Shown here: in pieces, positions 23,991 to 64,000 of the stretch
Layout: each line of letters begins with the position of its first letter
How positions within the stretch are numbered: position 1 is the stretch's first letter
From: Callorhinchus milii
Lineage: Eukaryota
Length of the DNA: 64,000 bases
Assembly (NCBI RefSeq): GCF_018977255.1
Contig: NW_024704745.1
Location: 10,540,001 to 10,604,000 of the forward strand
Reading direction: 5' to 3'
Notes under the pieces: model-generated
Databases searched by the model: none
What the model was told of the DNA's origin: nothing
What the model saw: only the letters and a program-made list of their open reading frames with translations
Position numbers and translations under genes: made by a program

Positions 23991-26939
23991 TCATTTCATT
24001 GATGTAAAGTTATTTAGTGCACATTTAATACCATTCTCACAGCTGGTCAGAAGATTGCAAATGCAAACTCCATGTTGGTTATTTGAGCTTGTGGACTAGG
24101 GTGGACTCCAGTACAGCCCTGCTGGAATTGTCAGAGATGCTGCGTTTCATAATAACATAAAACCAAAGTCCAGTCTGTACATTGTGGCAGACATTAGAGA
24201 TCAACTCTTTCTTCCGGTATCCTGGCCATCAATCCTCCAGATAAATTTAGTAGTTGACTTCATGGCTGTTTGTGGGACATTGCTGTGTTCATAATAGCTA
24301 TCACATTTACTGCACAGTAAGGCACCATAAAAAATGCAAATGCTTCTTTATTTAGGTACATTTCTTTTTTATATTTGTTGTGTATCACTGTCTTCTTGAT
24401 TGTGTCTTTTCTCTCAACCCTCTTAATGAGACTACATTTTCCTTGTTCCAATTCTACTTGACCCCCACCTCCACTTTGTTTCCTCCAGTGCCTGACTTTA
24501 CCCTCAAATAGTCGCCTGTGGTGTACCTCAGATCTCTATCCTCAATCCCCTCCTTTCCCTCATTTACATTCTCCTCTAAACAACATGAAAGGCGCTTTAC
24601 AAATGTAATATTGTATTGTATACTAATTAAAATAAAGACCATAAAAGACCTTGCACGAGAGGGTCAAGTTAATATGTTCCATAGATCTCACACGTTCATA
24701 AGAGAAATTACTGTTTATTTCATTTCCTAATAGGAAAGAAGATGTAACATTTTTCTAGAATGTTGACAATTACAGTGTTTTAGCGGCAGCTGGGAGCCTA
24801 TTTAGATTTCATGATGGTCAGGCTAATACACAATTGGGTATAAATTTCATTGATCATTCAGAGAATTGCCTTTGACAATGTCGACCATTAATGGGATTTC
24901 CCATGCTAGTTGCTCACATCGCCAAAGGAGCTATACGTAATGCTGAATGGAGTTCTTACCCAAACATGTCTTTAAAGCGCAAAATGTATTTTTAATTTTT
25001 GAGATTAAGCATTTTAAATAAAATCAGTAGATACAGAAACTAAATGTAGAATTACACATGAAGCCCAGAGAATCTAATCAGAGTCTAAAAAAGTGCATCT
25101 TCCTTCAGTTTGTTAATGTCCAGACCGACTGTACAATGCACTGTAGTCTGTACAGCTGTCACACAGCAATACAAGTTTCGGACTGGATTGAGGTTATAAG
25201 AACTACACTATAAATTACAACTGTAGCTTCCATTTAGTTTACAGTTGAATCGCTTACTCTGCTTCACTAACCAATCTATAGGGAATACAAACTTTGCAAC
25301 TGGTCCAGATCGATCAGTTTCAGTTCTTTCGTTCAGTAAATGCCTCTTTCTTGATCTATTTGTCCTGATCAACAATTCTCCAAACAGCATTGAACCTTCA
25401 CTCTATAGCTGTTTGTGGGACATTGCATAAGTTCTTATAAAAAATACACATGTCACTACACTTTAAATTATATCCTGGAAGTCGACCCTCCAAAGTGAAA
25501 AGCGCGATACCAAATTTAAAGATTATTAATGATAACTGAGTTCAGATTACTTGCCATTGACACACCACTGTGGGCTCTGGTGATGATTCTCATATATGGA
25601 CTGATACTGTTCAGCAGATTCCTTTTAGATGTTGAATGGACAACTGTCAATCTCTTGCCTTTGTATGGTCCTCAATTTGCTTCACTATCAGAATGCTGGC
25701 CAAGGACGTTGGTTACAAATTACAAGTTACAAATGGTCACAGTGGCCAGGACAATTAACACTGCTCTCTGCATTCATTGGATTGTACACATAATATTCAG
25801 ATGAATCAGAAATCGGCAGCCAACATTGATAATGTATTGGCATTGCCATCTATCTGCAAAATGCCAGAGATGCATTGCAATAGGTCCACACAGAGAGCAA
25901 AAAAAAGCCTTAGAATACCACTTTATATTACTGAGGAACGAAATGCAGACTTTTCCTCCCACACTTTAGTACCTTGTATTAGCAGAAACAGATAATATGT
26001 CTGGTGCCAATGGGCTTGAAGATTAATGGCAATTTAAAGTGTAATCACATTTCAACCAGACTTAATCCACTGTACTGCCATCGCTGTACAGATCTGGCCG
26101 ATAGGAAAGTAAATCCCTGCAGTATTAATTGGGCACATGTGTGAAAACATTCGCAAAACAACAATATGGATTCCGACATATCGCACATAGTATTTGTAAG
26201 AGCTCTGATCCACTTGCAGGTTTACACTGGAGACTGGTATCAAAAGCTGTCACTCTGGACTCCGGTTCTGTGCCAGTTTAATTTATTGTATAACTAGGAA
26301 GGGAATCGATGCTAATAGGAATCCACTATACACTATTTACAAGTAAATCCAGGGCATTGCTATCACTCCGCTCTGTGCTGCAGTGTGAAGGGGAGCAATG
26401 CATGCAATTACAGCTGATATCTCTTGAAATCTTAAACACAGCACCTTCAGTGATCAGTATAAATTAGACTTGAGAAAGCCAAGATTACTTTAGACAGTAA
26501 TAAGAATACAATCTTTACAAGATAACACAGAGGCTGAGGAACGCTACAAGCCAGCAAAGGATTTTTCCCGATGGCTTGGCCAACAATCCTTTAGACAAAT
26601 TGGTCATTGACTTCATGGCTGTTAGTGGGCCCTTGGCTTGTGCAAATCAGTGGTGGCACCTGCTTAGACATACACTGTCACAGCACTTGACACAATTGCC
26701 TGTAATGCACTTTGGAATATTCATTAAATGAAATAATTATTAACACATTATTAACTGTGTTAATCTTTATCACACGCACTCACCTCGTGTAGCAATCACC
26801 TTTTGATATTTGGTCCAACATTTCACTTTGTTTTGGGAACGGTGCTGTCGTGAAGATGTTTCTCCTTGTTCTTTTTTACAGTCTCCCACCCCCCTCACTC
26901 CATTGCCTCCCACTGGAACACAAAATGATTGACAGTTCC

Positions 26940-27100
26940 AGGAAAGTAGAATCAAGGATCTATCTTGACCAGCAGAGAGCGTGTATTAAGATTGAGATAA
27001 AACAGATCCGCAACGAGTGCAGTGACGACTGCAATGAAAACCCTGGCAGATGGCACTAAACTCTGTGCATTAAGAGAGGTTGATAAAATGGTATTGCATT
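26940..27100 (+). mobile_element. Highly decayed CR1-type RT relic
   Basis: Translatable remnants QGSIL and ADGTKL (compare QGSVLGP and FADDTKL). Confidence 0.35.
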
Positions 27101-27750
27101 CCATTGAAATGAGGTTTCCTATTAAAAACAGTATCGGTGACCAAAGCACTGATCAGCCCATTATTTATAAGCAATTGCCGTATATTCAGCAGCTGCTTTT
27201 TCTGACCTTGAACAAAAGACATTGTTAATCATTGTTCCAGAATTGGGACTAGCTTTATTTCGGAAAAGCTTTGATTTCTGGCTGTGTGCCCTACATTGTA
27301 ATTCAACAAAGTATTAATTCATGAAGGAAAATAATAGATAGATCACAGAATGGCAGGAGCAGCTGTAAAATCAATGTCCGAAAGAACAATAAATTCTTAC
27401 ATTTTGTTCTAGTTTTGCTTTACTAAACACAAGCTATATGGCTTTATAGCTTTATTTTGCCTTGTAATGCCCTTGGATACTGGCATCATGTAAGCTTAGG
27501 TTTATTTATCATTCCATAGGTTATTCATTTAGTATTTTAACCAAGTTACATTATTTCCAGCACATAGAATATTTGGGAGAATAATGGAAATTTCTTTGGT
27601 GACAATTATCACTGGTGAAAATTATCTGCCAGGGATAATGTGATGTGTTAACACATCACAGTTTTCATCCTGAAGATGAAACAATTTTTATTCAACTTTT
27701 AAAGTATGTTTGAATCCTTAAATGATGAGTTCCGAGCTCATTCACGCCAT

Positions 27751-29372
27751 CAACAACAACAACAACAAGATTCCATTTATAGAGCGCCTTTCACGTCAGG
27801 AGGACGTCCCAAGGCGCTGTACAGTTGGGTCAGGACCTGAGCCGGGGGTAATGGTCAGGGTGAGGGGAGGGAGCGAGGAGGGGTCGAGAGGGGAGCTGAA
27901 GGCACAGTCAAAAAGAAAGGTCTTGAGACCGGCCTTGAAGGAGGAAAGGGAGGAGACAAGGCGAAGGCACTGGGGGATAGAGTTCCAGAGCCTAGGGGCT
28001 GAGAGGCTGAAGGCCCGGCCACCGGTGTTAGGGCGGTTGGGGCGGGGGACGTGGAGCAGACCGTAGCCAGAGGAACGGAGGGTACGGGCAGGTAGATAGG
28101 GGGATAGTAGATCAGAGAGGTAGGAGGGTGCAAGGCCGTGAATGGCCTTGTAGGTGAGGATGAGGATCTTGAATTCGATCCTCTGGGGGATGGGGAGCCA
28201 GTGGAGGCGAGCGAGGGTGGGAGTGATGTGGTCCCGAAGCCTGGTGCGGGACAGTACACGAGCTGCAGAGTTCTGAATGACCTGCAGCTTGTGGAGGGAG
28301 GTGCCGGGAAGGCCGGCGAGGAGAGAGTTCCCATAGTCCAGCCTTGAGGTGATAAAGGCGTGGACCAGAGTTTCAGCAGCGTGAGGGGTGAGGTAGTGCC
28401 GTAGTCTGGCGATATTCCGGAGGTGATGGAAGGCGGTGCCAGTTGTGGTGCGGATATGAGAGAGAAAGGACAGCTCAGGGTCGAACAGAACCCCGAGGTT
28501 CCTGACTGGCTTTGAGAGGTGGAGAGTGCAGCCTTGGATGCTGATGCTGTCAGCGCCTGAGGTGCGGAGGCGCTGACGCGAGCCAATCAGGAGGGCCTCA
28601 GTTTTGCGCACTTTGAGCTGAAGAAAGTTGTATCTCGTCCAGGACTCGATGTCAGACAGGCAGCTGTCAGGACATCGGTGGTCATGGAGTTGAGGGTAGA
28701 GGAGGAAAGGTAGAGTTGGGTGTCATCCGCATACATGTGGAAGTTAACCCCATGTCTGCGGATGATGTCACCAAGGGGGAGCATATAGAGGGTGAAGAGG
28801 AGGGGACCGAGGACAGAGCCCTGAGGGACACCGCACGAGACAGTGCGGGGGCCGGAGGAAAAAACATTCGTGGAAACAAAGTGAAGACAGTGGGAGAGGG
28901 CCTTGAAGGTTGAGGTGGGAGGACAAGCGGTGGAGGAGGATAGCGTGGTCGACCGTATCGAATGCTGCCGATAGGTCGAGGAGGACGAGGAGGCAGAGGG
29001 AGCCCTGGTCGCAGATGGTCAGGATGTCATTGGTGACCTTGACCAGGGCAGTTTCTGTGCTATGGGCAGCACGGAAACCCGACTGAAGGGGTTCGAATAA
29101 TGAGCGGGTGGAGAGGAGAGAGCGCAGCAGGGAGGCGACAACTCGTTCAAGGACCTTGGATAGGAAGGGGAGGTTGGAGATGGGCCGGTAGCTTGATAGA
29201 TGCGATGCATCAAGGGAGGGTTTTTTCAAGGTTGGAGTGACGGTGGCAGTTTTTAAGGGAATGGGAACACAGCCAGAGGAGAGGGACAGGTTGACGATGT
29301 CTGTGATATGTGGGGCAAGGAGGTGGAGCTGGGAGATAAGGAGTGGAGTGGGGATGGGGTCAAGGGAGCAGG
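27751..29372 (-). mobile_element. 5'-truncated L2 LINE with reverse transcriptase (frameshifted, internal deletion)
   Basis: CSLDPIPT...YRPISNLPFLSKVLE...QSGFR...[13 protein letters not shown]...[10 protein letters not shown]...YADDTQLY, then a 3' stem-loop and (TTG)n tail at 27751-27820. Confidence 0.93.
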
Positions 29373-30111
29373 TTTAATCACAGGGAGAGGTTTAATAGAA
29401 TTCACTCTTCAATTCAGAGAGTGAGGGGAATCAGAGTGAGCGTTACTACAACAACAACTTGGATTTATATAGCGCCCTCCACCCCAGACGGCATCTCAGA
29501 GCGCTTCACAGTATCGGATCCTGGGGCAGAGCCAGGGGGAGGGGGAGGAAGGTGACCAAAGGCGCAGTCGAAAAGAAAGGTTACCACAAGGCTGGTCTCA
29601 TTTAACTTCTGTTAGCAACATGATGAGGTGTGAAGTCAAGTCACCCTTTTCGTCCTAGCCAGTGTCCAAGGTGTATATAATAATCCCTCCAAAAAAACAA
29701 AACAATAATAAATTGGTCATTTTCAATCTACGACTGTTTGTGGGACATTGCTGTGCGCAATTGGCTGCCGCGTTTGCCCACAAATATACAGTCAAGTCAC
29801 TTTACAGTGTGTTCTGTGAAGCGCTTTGGGACGTCCTCCCGACGTGAAAAGCGCTATATCAAATGCAAGGATTATTATTATTATTATTATTATTACATGT
29901 AAGATATCAGGAGAAAAGTGCTTGAACATACAAAACACCTTCCCAAAAAGGTTCATAAACAATAAAGTTTATTAATTTTTTCCAATGGATGTAAATAGCA
30001 GCAAATCAGGTTTTAAATGAAACCAATTTCCCTCTGAGCTGTTTAGAATTCCAATATCTACTTGGTATATTTTTCCATGCAAAAGTTCTTCAATCCCTGA
30101 AATTTAATTTA

Positions 30112-30483
30112 TAATAATAATAATCCTTGCATTTGATATTGGACCTTGACACGTCTTTGAGACGTTTCAAAGTGCTTCACAGAATATACCATAAAGTGAA
30201 TTGACTGTATATTTTGTGGACAAAACCCGGCAGCCAATTGCACACAGCAGTGTCCCGCAAACAGTCGTGGATTGAAGTGACCAATTTATTTTTATTATTT
30301 TTAAGGAATTATGGCCAGAAAAGTGATCTGCTAATCGACTAACAATAAGGTTCCTACTTACTGCTAGGTAAACAGTGGCGTTTGGAGTAAGGAAACTTGC
30401 CCAATGTTTTGCCCTGCTGGGAATCAAACCCAGGTCTCTCGCTTGCGAGATGAGCGCTCTGATCACTGAGCTACAGGACTCCA
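30112..30483 (-). mobile_element. tRNA-derived SINE, long form
   Basis: Head, middle segment, core and tail. Similar long copies at 36405-36767 (-), 50147-50517 (+), 60064-60425 (+); partial copies at 16290-16478 (-) and 38345-38715 (+). Confidence 0.82.
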
Positions 30484-30706
30484 TCTCCATTTCTCTACGA
30501 TGGTGGATTTTTTGTTACCCTACAATCACTATGACCCTTTGAGACGTCAAGTTTCCTCACACATAGCGCTGAACAACATCAACAACAAATTTACATTTAC
30601 ATAGCTCCTTGCACGTTGGGAGGATGTCCCAAGGTACTTTACAGTCCTGGCTTGGCACCCGAACAAAGGGTGGTTGCTGAGAGGGTGGTATTCTCAAACT
30701 CTGATG

Positions 30707-30913
30707 GTAATAATCCCTCCAAAATCAAAAACAATAATAAATTGGAGATTTTCAATCTACGACTGTTTGTGGGACATTGCTGTGCGCAATTGGCTGCCGC
30801 GTTCGCCCACAAATATACAGTCAATTCACTTTACAGTGTGTTCTGTGAAGCGCTTTGGGACGTCCTCCCGACGTGAAAAGCGCTATATCAAATGCAAGGA
30901 TTATTATTATTAT
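30707..30913 (+). mobile_element. 5'-truncated young SINE copy (others at 29678-29895 and 60751-60953)
   Basis: aataatccctccaaaa...ctacgactgtttgtgggacattgctgtgcgcaattggctgccgcg...gggacgtcctcccgacgtgaaaagcgctatatcaaatgcaagg(att)n is essentially identical among the three. Confidence 0.85.
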
Positions 30914-32301
30914 AATGGTGTGCAAGTTATGCCTTCTTAAAAAGTTGATGTTCTGCCTTGATTCAACTTCCCAAATGGAGGATTACACTTTGCTGGCTGC
31001 GTTATTTTCACTGCATTTGGGAGACCCAATCTCAGCAAACACCAAGCAAGGTAAGAAACCACCTCTTCAAACTTGGCTATTTTATTTTAATCAAACTAAT
31101 ACATTGACCTATAATTGGGTTTGCATTAATATACTCACAGAAGTACATCACTTAGAGATTGCACCTGCAATTTCCCAAAATTGAGTTCCTAAAGAATAGT
31201 ATGTTCATCCTGATTTATAGATTCTCAAACTATCAATTTCTGCAAAAGCAATGTTGACCCCAAGATTGTTTTCCACCAGTGCTAATTGCCAGAGGAACCC
31301 GCCATTAATTCCCCTATGCCATTACAGTACTGAATTTCCAATCCTGAGTTGCCTCATTGTACCTCATGTTCCAGCACTATATGTATGGATATGAAGTGAG
31401 CACAGGATCACACTTGGTTGCGATTCCCTATCCAGTCAAAACATCTTCCAACACTCAATATCAAGCCTCACAAGTGATTGATGATCACTTGGGGTACCTG
31501 ACATTTCCTTCCACTAACCGCAGCACCATCTTGAGAATACTGGTGCTTCTGGGGAGATGGAATTCTACCGTGAGTCCAATTCCATGGGCCAAAAATCCTA
31601 CTGTGCAAGTAGTGCCCTTGTGTATATAAAAAATAAAGTTTCTACAGGTGTGGTTCAGTATGGAGGAGAGAGGGGTTAAATATGTGTGATTCCAAAAGGA
31701 ACACATTCCGGGTAGTCTGCTAAGGTATAAAAATGTTACCAAATTCCAAATCTGCTTGTTGGTCAGTAATGGCTATGGTCCGGAAAGGCAGGCGACAGCA
31801 TTATTTTGCACATGCCTTTATCCAATGTGTAAGATTACATGGTACACAAACCACTATTATACTTACCAGTCTTGACCTAACAGTGTTCGCTCACGAAAAC
31901 ACACAATCATTCCATTCTACAGTATATCCTATGAAGTGCTTTCAGACATCCTCCCGAAGTGAAAGGCACTATACCAAATGTGAGGATTATTAGTAATATT
32001 GTTAGTTTGATCTCCCCCTCTGTGATGGAATAGTGAACTTTCGCGAGATTATTTTTATTTGTTTTCTGATGTTGAGCCATTGTGTTCTCTGAGAGAGTCA
32101 TGTTACAATTAAGTTAGTAATTGGACAGTTGAAACAATAGATGCTTCCTTCTTCCACACAACGCTCTCCCTCCCCAACACCACCACAGACCACACATACA
32201 CACAGACACCATGCTATTGTCTGAGGCCAAAAGTCAAATATAGAACAAGTTAAAATGCTCGTGTTTAGAATACTTCACAAGGAACGACCTTGAAATTAGA
32301 A

Positions 32302-32363
32302 TATAAAAGCTAGGTATTGGCCACACTGCTATACTGATCCCGGCTCTTGACTGGTTGGTATGT
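32302..32363 (+). promoter_or_regulatory. Candidate MYH15 TATA box and short non-coding first exon
   Basis: TATAAAA at 32302-32308, a donor G/GTATGT at 32358, then acceptor cctcttgcAG (32790) ahead of the ATG exon. Confidence 0.45.
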
Positions 32364-32841
32364 AGACTCCTTTATTTGTGTCTTTCTTTTAGATTTGTTT
32401 GCCGTTGTTGGTAATAGAAACTTTGTAGCCTAATTGATTTCAATAAATGATACTTATTTGTAAGTGCAATGTTACAAAATATTTTTCCTTCCCATTTCCT
32501 TGGAGAATGTAATTCAACAAAAACTTAACTGGAGAAATTTAAACTTCCAAGTTCAGTCTCGACTTTGAAGTAAGTTTCCTGCAGTTCTTTTTTAAAAAAA
32601 AATCAGCTTCATTTAAGAAGCTTGCATTTAAGAATTCTGGACACTTATTACACAAACAGAGTAAATCAAGACCTGGGTGAAATTTCTTCTATAGATGCTT
32701 TAAGAAAAGACATACATAAATTAGATTGCTAGGTGAAGTTCAAATCAAAAGGTTTGCAACATGTTGGTTTTAATCTTATTCCTCTTGCAGAATTATCTCC
32801 CGTTGCTTTGCAGCTAATTTGCTACCTTGAAGCATCCCATA

Positions 32842-63535
<30,694 letters not shown>

Positions 63536-64000
63536 GTAAGCAAATTAAATAGTGCCTTTCATCGAATCATAGAATATTACAGCACAGAAGGAGGCCATTC
63601 AGCTCATCATGCTTGTGCCTGTTCACATCAGGTGGACGTCCCAAAGTGTGGGCAAGCCCGGCAGCCAATTTACACACAGCAATGTTCTACCCTTGGTGGC
63701 TTGAATTTATAATGCCATAGGCAAAATATAAGGATATACAAAAGTTGACTGATTGAGACTGGTCCTTCAATAGAACATGTACTTATACTAATACTAATAA
63801 TTATCCTTGCCACGTCTTTGAGATATCTCAAAGTGCTTCACAGGATACACTGTAAAGTGTAGTGACTGTATATTTTGCGGATATATTTTATATCCCCAAA
63901 TTCCACCTAGTTTAACACAGGGTACTATATAAATACAAGTTGTTGCTGTATTGTGCGAAGGTACTGAGCCACACATGGTACACTTGACCCTTTTAGTCAA

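Noticed and set aside
27722-28913. Long ORFs antisense to or in alternative frames of the L2 element
   Set aside because: By-products of the GC-rich LINE sequence, not independent genes.
29662-30940. Recurrent short ORFs such as ...[21 protein letters not shown]...
   Set aside because: Translations of the repeated SINE core, not a protein family.

Overview
Vertebrate genomic DNA, very probably from a cartilaginous fish. This is an inference from the SINE/L2/CR1/Penelope repeat landscape and the compact introns; a holocephalan is plausible. The right half (32.8-64 kb, + strand) holds 33 coding exons of a sarcomeric myosin heavy chain that best matches MYH15 and runs off the window end; two exons carry single-base frameshifts in homopolymers. 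The left half holds a head-to-head pair of non-rearranging Ig-superfamily genes with leader/V/C1/TM/cytoplasmic exons. Gene B (+, 18859-23990) is intact, about 303-306 aa, with a CD28/CD28H(TMIGD2)-like V domain, a J-like G strand, a C1-set domain and a YxN plus ITIM-like tail. Gene A (-, 12616-7848) is a paralogue with several inactivating lesions. The rest is intron/intergenic DNA dense in tRNA-derived SINEs, Deu-type SINEs, L2 and CR1 fragments, one 5'-truncated L2 with RT, and a Penelope-like fragment with a decayed hammerhead ribozyme. The first ~6.5 kb could not be assigned. All family names come from manual translation and remembered motifs, not from database searches.
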